From Octopus sinensis (Eukaryota), in contig NW_021832433.1 of NCBI RefSeq assembly GCF_006345805.1, positions 62,001 through 126,000 of the forward strand: DNA of 64,000 bases, in the 5' to 3' direction. Position numbers and translations under genes: made by a program. Positions 44,592-57,623 of this stretch are shown one piece after another. Each line of letters opens with the position of its first letter. The first letter of the stretch is position 1. The notes below the pieces were generated by a model. The model saw only the letters and a program-made list of their open reading frames with translations, was not told the DNA's origin and did not search any database.

Positions 44592-44739
44592 CTTAGTTTT
44601 GGCATGTCTCTTATAGCTTCCCATAACGTAAAGTTCTTATAGAACATGAAATTGGTTATCAAATGAATCACACCGTTTATACAACCTACATCTGACTGGA
44701 CGATTTTCACCCAAGTCGCGCCACCTTCAACGTAAGTAT
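44592..44739 (-). CDS. Internal coding exon of a fasciclin-1-like (FAS1 domain) cell-adhesion gene
   Basis: Minus strand reads TTTTTTCAG|AT ACT TAC...CTA AG|GTAAGT: canonical acceptor and donor, 148 nt, phase 1 in and phase 2 out. Translation (D)TYVEGGATWVKIVQSDVGCINGVIHLITNFMFYKNFTLWEAIRDMPKL(R) contains the FAS1 H2 motif (D-x4-NGVIH-x-I), preceded by YVEGG as in arthropod fasciclin-1. I found no other exon of the gene in the window. Confidence 0.88.
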
Positions 44740-44746
44740 CTGAAAA

Positions 44747-44943
<197 letters not shown>

Positions 44944-44945
<2 letters not shown>

Positions 44946-45372
44946 ATGACAACATAGCAAGGATTATTAGACACATTGCAACAAGTATGGACTTGAGAGA
45001 GCAAAAAATTGGTACGAGCATAAAACCGAAGGCATCATCGACAATGATAATGCAAAGATGTATGTATGTATCTATATATGGGATTTTACGATTCAGTGCG
45101 ACCATGAGATAGAGAATAGGAAACCAGACATTGTGTTAATCGAGAAAGAAAGTAAACGATGCTGGGTCATAGATATAGCATGCTCGGCTGACAAAGTATG
45201 TGATAAGGAAGAAAGAAAAGTCGATAGATATGACAGGTTAGCTTGGGAAGTTAAGTAGTTGTAGTCGATGAGAAAGATGGTAGTAGCACCAATAATTGTC
45301 GGAGCCCTGAGAACAGTGAGTAAAAATCTTGAGAATTACATGGAACAAATAGGGATTGCAATAAGGGTGGAG
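44944..45372 (+). mobile_element. R4/Dong-type LINE fragment (RLE domain), antisense to the fasciclin exon
   Basis: WDFTIQCDHEIENRKPDIVLIEKESKRCWVIDIAC...KEERKVDRYDRLAWEVK...VVAPIIVGAL; it starts immediately after the (AAT)n tract. Confidence 0.8.
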
Positions 45373-45580
45373 GGGGCTTTCTCCGTCCGGGTTGCGGATC
45401 CGTGGAATAAGCTGCCGGACGAGATAGTGAAGATGCCGACGACCGCTCGGTTCGAAGTCTCTCTTGACCATAAATGGCCTGAACTCTTTGCATGAACACC
45501 CTCCCTGTACATAACTCCATGCCCCCCCTCCTACATGGCCTTGCTTTTTGCTTTTTGAGCCCAAAAATTAACTTAACTTT
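45373..45580 (+). mobile_element. 3' end of a CR1/L2-like LINE joined to the R4/Dong fragment
   Basis: AFSVRVADPWNKLPDEIVKMPTTARFEVSLD matches the typical CR1/L2 ORF2 C-terminus (FS.RV...WN.LP...V...F...LD); a short 3' UTR follows, ending in TTAAC-like repeats. Confidence 0.6.
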
Positions 45581-45614
45581 AATAATAATAGTAATAATAA
45601 TGATGATGATGATA

Positions 45615-45661
<47 letters not shown>

Positions 45662-45669
45662 AATAATTT

Positions 45670-46090
45670 TGGTACAGAGACGGCAGTTTTTGAAGGGAGG
45701 GGTAGTCAGCCACATCGATCCGAGTCCTCGATTGGTACTTATTTTATCAACTTCAATAGGATAAGAAGCATAGTCGAACTCGGCGGAATATGAACTTAGA
45801 TGGTAGCGACGGACGAAATGTTGCTAAGCATTTTCTCCGGCGAGCTAACGATTCTATCTACTCGCTGCTTTAAAACACTAACTTTTTCAAATTTTGGCAC
45901 TAGGCCAGCAATTTGAAGAGGAGCGGATTCTTCAATTTCATGGACTCAAAGAATTTACTGCAAGTTTATTTCAACTTCGAAAAGGTGAAAGGCAAAACTG
46001 ATCTCTGCGAAATCTGAGCTAAGAAAGTAGAGAGCCGGAGGAAACGGCGACAATTATTTTATCCGATGCAGCTAGGATTCGGCCAGGTCA
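45670..46090 (-). mobile_element. Two diverged SINE family A copies
   Basis: GTCGAACTCGGCGGAAT...GCTAAGCATTT...CTAACGATTCT, followed by a more decayed second copy. Confidence 0.6.
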
Positions 46091-46889
46091 ACAATAAGTA
46101 CTTCAATTCGGCACAGAACGTTTTATGATACTAAAAGTACAAAAGATACGAGCTGTGTTTTATGTGTCAATCACTTTCGTTCGGTTATTGGATTGAAGAG
46201 CGAAATGCCAGCGACGAAATAATTAGCATAAACACAAAAGTTGTGCAGGTAATAACTGCAGATTACGTAAAATGGTCTGGAAATTACGAGGATGGAGGGT
46301 CATTGCCGTTCCTAAATGGCTCCGCTGAGAGAATCATTTCGGCTTCTTAGTGAGTCGATGGTAAATGTCGATATTGCTATCGTGATCCTTAAAACAATGG
46401 GACAGAATCCTATCGAAGAATATCCTGACCCAGACCTCGTAAAGTACATTGCGATGTGTATAGAGAAACACAAAGCAGTGTGTGTGTGTTACATACACAA
46501 TTATATGCACACACAAGCACACACACACATATATATGTATATATATATATACATACATATAAACACTCGTATATACATATGAACAAACATATAAACACAT
46601 CCATATATATATATATATGTATATGAATGCATGCAGACACACACACGCACACACACATATATATATACATACACACATAGATGTATACAATTGTTCATAC
46701 ATGCAAGCATGTGATTATATGAATATTAGCTGGATTATTTTCATTAAAAGAAGTAACAACCACTGTAAAACTGCAGCGACACTGGTGGCAACAATGGCGG
46801 TACTGGTAGTGGTGGTAGGAGTGGTATTAGTAGAAAAATATAATGCCGAGCAGGATGAGGTGATCAAAACCGGCCATTTTCTATAATGA

Positions 46890-47195
<306 letters not shown>

Positions 47196-47347
47196 CATCA
47201 TAGCGGTTGTGTTTTCAAGAATGTGTTAAGAGATGTTGGAGGGCCATTGTCTGTCTATTTGTCTGTCCGTCTGTCTATAAATCAAGTGTTGTAAATAGGT
47301 TTCTGGTTCACTTTGAACTCTGCACACAGCCTGCTAAGCTCTCTCTC

Positions 47348-47385
<38 letters not shown>

Positions 47386-47889
47386 GCACACACACAATTG
47401 CAGGTCGCCTCTTATGTTACTATGGCATCAACAGCCATGAAAATATTGTCTTACAAAGATGAACAGCCCACTCCGTTCCCATTCCTGCACCTCCTCCTCC
47501 TCATCATCGCTATCATCTGTAACAGTCACGTGACTAAGCATATTCCAGGCGTCCAGATAATGCAACATGTTATGCTGCAATGTAGCAGCTACATTATTCC
47601 TCAATTTTTTTTTTTTTTTTTTGGAGGCGTATAAAAGTAAAGCTGAAGATTTGTGAGTTAACCAAATATACGTAGCACATTGGCAGGGCCAGATCTATTT
47701 CGGATCTCTGGGCTCTGAGTTCAAATCTGACCGAAATCAACTCTGCATTACATCGTTTCAGAGTCCTTTCCTTTAATTCATTTATTTGATTAGTCTGAGG
47801 GAGGGGCAGCGCCCATGACCTTTATAGTCTCTCAGGCGTTAGTGAACTTGATGCTGTTCTATATAAATTGTAGTTCTATATAAATTGTA

Positions 47890-48240
47890 GCGAGTGGGCA
47901 ATATGGTAAAAAGTTTCTTCCCAACCATGTGGCTCCAGGTTCAGTCCCACAGCGTGGCACCTTGGACAAATGTCTTCTACTATAGCCTTGGGTCAACCAA
48001 AGCTATGTGAGTGGATTTGGTTGGTGAAACTGATAATATATGCGTGTGTTTGTTCTCACCACCACTGCTTCATAACAGGTGTTGGTGTGTTTATATCCTT
48101 GTTACTTAGCGGTTCAGAAGCCGTTAGAGTAAGTGCCAGGCTTAAAATTAAAAAAAAGGACAGAGGTAGATTAATTTGATTAATATTCTTCGAGACGGTG
48201 CCCCAGCATGGCCGAAGTCGAATGACTGAAACGAGCAAAG
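47890..48240 (+). mobile_element. SINE family B, diverged copy
   Basis: GGTTCAGTCCCACAGCGTGGCACCTTGG...ACTTAGCGGTTC...GACTGAAAC. Confidence 0.65.
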
Positions 48241-48289
48241 CAAACCATAACAGATATAACGCTTATAGTAAGCTCTTGATCAGGAGTAA

Positions 48290-48780
48290 AAACTCCAGCG
48301 ACGTTGATATCCGAAGGAAGAAAAAGAGTCTATCGTCATTTCAGACAAATCTATGGTGGTGAGCGAACGTGCATATGTGGTGGAGACTTACTTCTGTGGG
48401 ACGTAGAGTTACGAGACTAGGCAGCTCTGAGGAGCCGGGGCTATTGTAGTAGTGTTTCACAAATAAAATAGAAAGAAAAGACAGCTCGGAGATGGATTAT
48501 AACAGCTACTAACAATGCGTTTTAGACAAGTGGACGTTTTACGGCCCAGGATATCTGCTTTCGTTGTAGCGGCACCGTTCCAGATATAGGGACTGCATAC
48601 CATTATGGATGTCACTTGGTCCTTGTACAATGCCAACACCTGTGGTGTAGGGCATATGTATCTTCAGGTTCTGAAGAGTAGGGTCAGTCACTGCGATGGA
48701 GGTCCTCGCTTTTCTAACGGTGTATTTTCTCCAGGAGAGATCTTCGGTGAGAGTGTGATTTAGCAGTTGGAACGGTAAAT
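48290..48780 (-). mobile_element. Decayed CR1/Jockey-like LINE RT C-terminal fragment
   Basis: LALYKDQVTSIMVCSPYIWNGA...DIL resembles the LY(K).QVRP.MEY...IW.GA motif of this clade. Confidence 0.5.
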
Positions 48781-48806
48781 AAACCAGCAGTCAAGAACTC
48801 GTGCCT

Positions 48807-48886
<80 letters not shown>

Positions 48887-49044
48887 ATAATATATATATG
48901 TATGTATGTATATATATATGTATATATATATATATTATGTCAGGTCACTTTCGAGTGCTACTGGTAACATGTAACCCAGTACAACCTGTTGCATGGTCGG
49001 GTCGTCGGCGACTAAAGCGGCAATTAATTAATTATATATATATA

Positions 49045-49579
<535 letters not shown>

Positions 49580-50370
49580 TTTTCTCGCTTGCTCTCATTC
49601 TTTTCTTCCGAAGATTATTACCCATTCTGCATAATAGACTGTGCGTAGAGGGCCTTTGTCCGTGTCAGTAATATTAGAAAGTAGGGGAGTCCTTACTGGC
49701 ATAATTAAACAACTCAGTGTCAAAATCCGAAAAGCTGTCAACCCACATCCCAAGAATTGGTGGCTGCACGAGAGGATTCTATTAAAAGTCAATGAAGGAG
49801 AGAAAGAAATATAAGAAGGAACTGAATGGAATAAACTGGAAAGAGTGGAATTGGTCTGAAAGACGGGGTTCGCCAGGTATTTCGTTGGTCGGCAGAGTTT
49901 TTATGAACCCATATTTCATCCACTAATTCTTCCTAAGATAGGCATCAGATCTGAAACTAATTAGTTGATATGACAATGGTCAGTTGATTCCATCCCAATG
50001 CATGACTGGTTCTTTAATTATCTACCCCGAAAAGATGTCAGGTAAAGTTGATCTCCTTCAGAAGAGAAACACAGAACCTAAACAGCCAGGAAAAAGAATG
50101 CAAGACATTTATTTCGACGCGATAACTATTCAAACAGTCCTTTTGTTTTTAAATTGGTTTTAAAATAGGTAGAAAGCTAACAATTTTGGAAGGGGTGGTT
50201 ATTCAATAGCATTTACCACAGTAATAGCGCTGGACATTATCTAATCGGCCCAGGAGGATTGAAAAAGCAAAGGTAACTTCAGTGTCATCAGCACCCACAG
50301 CGCAAAGTGTAGCAAGAAATACCGCAACAGAATTCCGCAGATGCTCAAAATATTCCTGCCAGTAATAATT

Positions 50371-50409
<39 letters not shown>

Positions 50410-50410
50410 A

Positions 50411-50444
<34 letters not shown>

Positions 50445-50675
50445 GATAATAATCGTTAGTGTTCCTTTGGTTGCCAAAATGAACATGTATGAGGAAGGCG
50501 GAAAGCATAATAAATAAGTTCATAAAATGATTTTCAAAAAATAAAATAAACGATGAAACTGATAACAGTAAGCGGTGTCTGACTAAAGTCTAGAGATTTG
50601 ATGGTGAGATTAACATTGAACTTCATCCACACTGGGATGTGTGCCTCTGTGCACAGCCACACCATGAATATATAC

Positions 50676-50727
<52 letters not shown>

Positions 50728-50848
50728 TTACACGCACAAACAGCATATGTATATATATGGATATCTACACATGTAGATATACACAGATATATAAAAACAC
50801 ACATTTTCTACATGTGTACATATACATTTATAGATATACACTCGTCTT

Positions 50849-50948
<100 letters not shown>

Positions 50949-51109
50949 TGGATATATACATGGAAACAGACGAACAGTGATGTTGGTATAAACGATCTAA
51001 ATCAGTGTGTTCTAAAGCTGATGATTTTAAGGTCGATATATTTACTGTTGCTTCTACTACTATAACTATTACTACAATTGAATTTAGTAATAACATCATC
51101 ATTATAATA

Positions 51110-51221
<112 letters not shown>

Positions 51222-52239
51222 GGCGGCAAGACAGGTAATTGTAGCCTGAGAAGATAGGGTGGGTTTGCGAACAATAAAATAACAATTGTGTTGTAAGTAT
51301 GAATTAACGTATTGTAGAAATTTAGTTAAGTTTCATCAATAACGATGTATTGATACGTACAATATGCGTTGGAGTTGGGGGTTTAGATTATGGGATGATA
51401 TAAACAGATGCACACATACACACGCGCGCCTCGCTTATACGTAGACAAGATTACGTGTGTGAGTGTTTGTCTGCGATGGCCTTTGGTAAGCAACGTCGAT
51501 TGTTACAATTTTGTATCAATAATAACAATAATGATATTTTATAAGTGTAAAGCTTATAAGCGATCACCGTGCAATGATCATATATATATATATATATATA
51601 TATATGTACTAGCGTAGATTTTAATGTATGTTATTTCGCGTGTATCTCCATACACGTATACATCTGTATGCAATATACGTAGACTTAAATCGTTATTCGC
51701 CAGGGTCCGTGTGTGTATATAAAGAAATACTATATATTAATGTGTATATTAATATATATGTGTGTGTGTGAGTGTGTATCATTTATGATGATATTTGAAA
51801 ATAGGTTTGTGTTAATGTGTGTGTTTTTGTATATGCATAAATCAATGACATTGTGACCGAGCCCTATTTCAGTCTCCCAAATTTGCACAACGGTATCAGT
51901 GGCTGTTGTAGATGTGTGCGAGCCCTAGCAAATCAGACGAAGCTATGAAACAGCTGATTCGAAGGTACAGTAACTCAATACAGATTGTATCCAGCTGAAT
52001 TGGAGAGTTAACTTGGGTTTCCCCGCTCAACCAGCGTCTTGGCCTCATATATAATTTATAACATTATAACAAGATAGTTCTCAATCGGGCCGAATCCATG
52101 TGACTAGAGGCTGCTAAAAATCTCTGGTAGCCATCGGTCACCAAGTTGTCGGATGACAAATCTTAACATTGATGTATAAACCTACGTCAGCTACGACTAG
52201 GTTATCTTCAATGGCAACAACACCAACAATCATGGTTTC

Positions 52240-52467
52240 GAATTTGGCGCAGTCTACCAGTTTTAGCTTAAGGTGGGCGGGGTTAGAGGATTACATCGAC
52301 CCCAATATTTGACTGGTACTTACTTAATTCATCGACCCCAAAAGGATGAATGGCAGAGTCGACCTCGGCAGAATTTGAACTCAGAACGTAGCAGCAGACG
52401 AAATACCATTAAGCATTTCGTCCGGCATGCTATCGATTCTGCCAGTTCACCGCCTTAATAATAATAA

Positions 52468-52537
<70 letters not shown>

Positions 52538-52720
52538 GTGAGAATGAAAAAAATTGTTCCGAATTTGGCACAAGGCCTGCGGTTTTTGAGGGGAGGAGTA
52601 AGTCAATTACATCGGCACCCCGGTACTTGACCGGTATTTTATTTCGTCAACCCCGAAATGTAGAAAAGCAAAGTCGACCTCGACGAACCTTGGACTCAGG
52701 GCCTGAAGACGGACGAAATG
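52240..52720 (-). mobile_element. Two SINE family A copies separated by (AAT)n(GAT)n
   Basis: Core motif at about 52335 and 52650. Confidence 0.7.
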
Positions 52721-53246
52721 CAGCTGGTTGCCTTTAATAGTAATAATAATTGGTGGCGAGACAAGGAACTGCAGCTCGAAAACGTACACAAGGTTGTCAA
52801 ACAAGAAAATAATTATTTTATTGTTATGCATACGTACATGCATGCATACATACTATATTATATAAAAAAAAACTCAGAGATAATCTAGACTCTATTATAT
52901 AGCAATATCACCACGTGCTGTATCTCTAGTATCATCTTACCAATATACACACAATATTGGCGAGATATATATCAGCAATATATATATATCACTACAATCT
53001 GTTTACAATCTATATCTGTCTCTATCTGCTGGAATCATTGTTTTTATTATATGTTCTCTCTGTGTATAAATTAATATAAACATACAATCAATTTAGATAC
53101 ATGTACATGTCCGTGTGTATACTGTGTGTATATTAATGGTGTAGTATTCGAGGCGTTTATAGGAAAGAAGCAATTTTTTAAACATAGTTTGTTAGGCACT
53201 TTGCGTTTTTTTACCAGCTGCTGCTGTGTAGACATATATATATATG

Positions 53247-53278
<32 letters not shown>

Positions 53279-53304
53279 TGTATGTATGTATGTATGTATG
53301 TACG

Positions 53305-53790
53305 TATCAGGTTGAGTAAGAGTTTTGAATTAAAAATTCTTTTTTGCTTTTTTGAAATTGTCTGATAATACAGACACAGACTTTCCCAAATGCATCAATA
53401 AAATAACATTGATTTTTGTTTTCACTATTGTTACAATCATCTGAAATGGAACTGTAAAAGTGCGATATTCAAAAATGGACGTGAAGCTGACGAAACTGCT
53501 CGCGATATCAACGAAGCGTTTGGTAAAAAATGACCAGTGAGTGTTTAAACGATTTCGCAGTGGAGGCTTGAGCCTTGAAGATCGTGAAAGTAGTGGACAC
53601 CCAACAGTCACGATCTGAATGAAAATCAGAAAATGTGCAGATATGGAATTTGCTCGTCGCTTCTTCTTTGTAACCAGACCGATCCATTTCCCGACCGTAT
53701 CCAAAGATGGATTCTGTACAATAATAATAAAAAACGTTCTTTGCAGTGGTGGGGCCAAAATGAAGCACCGACTGGCTATAATATTTACGT
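53305..53790 (+). mobile_element. Mariner transposon remnant
   Basis: TA-TCAGGTTG terminus, then FKNGREADETARDINEAFG...KRFRSGGLSLEDRESSGHP (HTH region) and PFPDRI..WILYNNNKKRSLQW (start of the catalytic domain). Internally deleted and frameshifted. Confidence 0.75.
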
Positions 53791-53804
53791 ACGCATGAGA
53801 CAGG

Positions 53805-54228
53805 AATCGTTAGTGCGTCGAACAAAGTGCTTTGCACGATTTCTTCCGGCTCAATACACTTTGAGTTCACATGCTACCGAGACAAACATTCCTTTCATCC
53901 ATTCAGGGTTGATAAAATACGTACCAGTTGGACACTGGAGTCGATTTAATCGACTTAATCCTTCCTCCAAATCTGCTGACCTTTGGCCGAAATATAAACT
54001 ATCATTATTGTTTTTGTCAAGATAGCGAGCTGGCAAAATCGTTAGCATGTTGGGCGACATGCTTAGCAGTATTTTATCTGTCCGTACATTCTGGGTTCAA
54101 ATTCCGCCGAGGTCGCCTTTGCCTTTCATCTTTTCGGGGGTAAATTAAGTACCATTGGAACACAGGGGTCGATATAATCGATTCATCCCCTCTTCCAAAA
54201 TGGCTTCCCCTGTGACAATATTTGAAAC

Positions 54229-54232
<4 letters not shown>
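53805..54232 (+). mobile_element. Two tandem SINE family A copies
   Basis: Core motif at about 53890 and 54120; the second copy ends at (ATT)n. Confidence 0.7.
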
Positions 54233-54265
<33 letters not shown>

Positions 54266-54288
54266 TGCTTCTAACGCTGGAGATGTAC

Positions 54289-55632
54289 TATGGTACCAGC
54301 TGTTCACTGCCAGTGAACTAACGTAACACCTCTTATTTTTCGAGCACTATCCGGAGTATTCGAGCGGTTCCAAGCAGTGCTGTTTTCTGCAAGTAGCCCC
54401 TATTTGTTACATGTACTTTTCAAGATATTTACTTACTGTTCCCAGGGCTCCGACAATTATTGGTATTACTACCACTTTTTTCATCGCCCAAAATTGTTTA
54501 ACTTCCCAAGCTAACCTGTCATATCTATTGACTTTTCTTTCTTTTTTATCGCATACCTTGTTGTCAGCTGGATATGCTATATCTATGATCCAGCATCGTT
54601 TGTTTTCTTTCTCAATTAAGACTATGTCTGGTTACCTATTCTCTTCCTCATGGTCGCACTGAATCATTAAAATCCCATAGGATCTTTGTATTATCTTTTT
54701 CGATGATACATTCAGATTTATGTTCGTACAACTTTTTGCTCTGTCAAGTCCATAGTTGTTGCAATGTGTCCATTGGAAAATCCTTGCTATATTGTCATGA
54801 CGTGTCTTATATTCTTTCTGGGCTAGTGGCATACAATGACTGGTAATATACCATACAGTTTCACTATTCTGTCCACAAATTCTGCACTTATCACTTTCTG
54901 ATGTGCTGATTATTCTATATTTGATGTAATTGGCTCTTAATGCTTGCACTTGGGTGGCACAGATTAGAGTCTCTGTTGCCATCCATACTACCTTTTTTCT
55001 CTGTCTGTCATATGTTCGACATCCCTATGAAATTGTCCATTTTTTCTTTATCCACCTATATTCAGTTGCATTCATTCTCAAGCACTTGTACACTGCCTTA
55101 TCTTTGCAATTTTCCACCCTACACAGACCTGATCCTCTTACTTCCAACTATAGTGGTTTTGTAGCATGTTTTCACACCATGCTATGTTGTTTTCTTGTGC
55201 TCTAATGCTGTTTTCGCATCCAATCAGTCCTCTTCCCCATCTTTTTTTTTTTGGTACATACTGTCTGTCTGTGTCACCTTTTGGGTGGTCTATTCCATAT
55301 CTAGTCAGCAACTTTCTTGTCTTTCTGTGTAAGCTGTTTAGTCTACTGTCCATGCGATTACCCATACTCCATATCTAAGTAGTAAAAATGCCCAGGTGTT
55401 GATAGCTTGAATCTTATTCCGTCCGTTTAATTTCGACTTAAGGATCAGTCTCAGTTTGCGCAAGTACTCCACCTTAAATATTTCTGTCTTTCTTTCTCCA
55501 ATGTCTCCATTTCCAATATCCCTAAGCACTTATAGTCCGTCTCTTCCATCTGCTTCATAAAAAAAAACTCCGACGTTATCGCTAGCCCGTCAATACATTT
55601 GATTTTGCCTCTCTTCAAGACTAACACACCAA
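54289..55632 (-). mobile_element. 5'-truncated R4/Dong-type LINE (RT end, zinc knuckle, RLE, 3' UTR)
   Basis: Frameshifted pieces: EYLRKLRLILKSKLNGRNKIQAINTW; RKTRKLLT...RGL; CRICGQNSETVWYITSHC...RHDNIA. The RLE part is similar to the 44944 copy. TAA-type microsatellite lies on both sides. Confidence 0.85.
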
Positions 55633-55657
55633 ATTATCATCATCATCATTATTATTA

Positions 55658-55690
<33 letters not shown>

Positions 55691-56100
55691 AGCGGCGAGC
55701 TAGCAGAATCGTTAGCACCCTGGACGAAATGCTTAGCGGTATTTCGTCTGTCTTAACGTTCTGAGTTCAAATTCCGCCGACGTTGACTTTACCTTTCATA
55801 CTTTCGGGGTCGAGAAATAAAGTACCAGTTGTGTACTGGAGTCGATGTAATCGACTGGCCCCCTCCACCAAAATTTCATGCCTTGTGACTATAATAGAAA
55901 GGATTATTATTGTTATTTAGAAGGCGGCGAGCTGACAGAATTGTTAGCACACCGGCCAAAATGCTTAGCGGTATTTCGCCCATTGCTACCTTGTTTGTTA
56001 AAATTCCGCTGAGGTCGACCTTGCCTTTCATTAGTTCGGGGTCGATAAATTAAGCACCAATGAAGCATAGGGCTCTCTGCTGCCCTTGTGACAATATTTG
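55691..56100 (+). mobile_element. Two tandem SINE family A copies embedded in (ATT)n
   Basis: Heads at about 55691 and 55922; (ATT)n before, between and after. Confidence 0.8.
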
Positions 56101-56169
56101 AAATTATTATTATTATTATTATTATTGACGCTGTAGTTGATATATATATATATATATATGGTAAGATTT

Positions 56170-56600
56170 GTTATCTTCTAAAACGGTGACCCACGTAGTA
56201 TTGAGATTCTCGTCTTCTAGTCACATCCTCATGCTTTAGGTGGTTGCTTACTCCTTGCAGAGGACGACCCCCACCTCCTTGTATCTATAATTGCTCTTTC
56301 CCAGCGTGATACCTTCAATGACTTTTGTGCACTGAAAGATGTTCTAAGAATTGATCCCACATCCTGCAGAAACATCTCATTCCAGCTTTGGTTCCATTTT
56401 CCGCTGATTTATTATGAATGGTGCACTGAAGTGCCGCTTCAATCCACCATATGACTTGCAGGTTCTTTTACAGACATTGCATCAAAACAGGTCATCCGGA
56501 ACGAGATTCCAATAGCTCATGTACGCTAACAGACATCAGCACGCAATTTCGTACCACAGCGTGCGATAGAACACTTGAATGGATAAAGAACATTGAAATA
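56170..56600 (-). mobile_element. Possible LINE remnant with C2H2-like zinc-finger motifs
   Basis: CNVCKRTCKSYGGLKRHF at about 56478-56425, plus a second degenerate ...HLSVHKSH; both are broken by stops and frameshifts. Confidence 0.3.
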
Positions 56601-56928
56601 ATGAATGAGAAACTGTTCCATCAAAATTGATGTTTAATCTCATTTTTACGCAATGCACCTGTGTGTGTGTGAGTGTGTGTGTGTGCGTGTGTGTGTGTCT
56701 GTGTGTGTGTGTGTGTGTGTGTATATTCTTATATTTGTTTCAGTCATTTGACTGCGGGCATGCTCAAGTATCGCCTTTAGTCGAACAAATCGACCCCAGG
56801 ACTTATCTTTTTGTAAGCCTAGTACTTATTCTATCGCTCTTTTTTGCCGAACCGCTAAGTTACGGGAACGTAAACACCCCAACATCGGTTGTCAAGCGAT
56901 GTTGAGGGGACAAAAACATACACACTAA

Positions 56929-56992
<64 letters not shown>

Positions 56993-57159
56993 ATATGTAT
57001 ATATATATTTAAGTAGGTGAATGAATTATACTTGTATGGAAAATTCGGTTAACCGATACCTGGGTACCAAATTCACGTCAGAAATCACGGTGGAAGCTAC
57101 ATATCAAGGGTAGAAACACCGTGTTCTTGTGTGTAAAGTTGTGTGTATTTTTTATATGA

Positions 57160-57623
57160 ATAAATGAAAGAATGGAGTCGAAGGAATTTTTTAACAAAAT
57201 TCCTTTACTCTCGACACATGTTTCGAAGACTCCATACTCTTAATTCCGAAGGAATAAATAGTGCATTATGCCGTCTTCTCTTCAGGAAAGACAAGGAACC
57301 TCTATCAGTCTCAAGACGAACAAAAACTTTTTGATGACTGCCTACATTGATAAGTCCTGGGGTCGATTTGTTCGACTAAAGGCGATACTTGAGCATGCTC
57401 GCAGTCAAATGACTGAAACAAATATAAGAATACACACACACAATGTAGGCAGTCATCAAAAAGTTTCTGTTCGTCTTGAGACTGATAGAGGTTCCTTGTC
57501 TTTCCTGAAGAGAAGACGGCATAATGCACCCTTTATTCCTTCGGAATTAAGAGTATGCAGTCTTCGAACATGTGTCGAGAGTAAAGGAATTTTGTTAAAA
57601 TATTCGTTCGACTCCATTCTTTC

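Noticed and set aside
46162-46470. Complex-looking short ORFs upstream of the exon
   Set aside because: No recognisable domain and no convincing splice sites on either strand.
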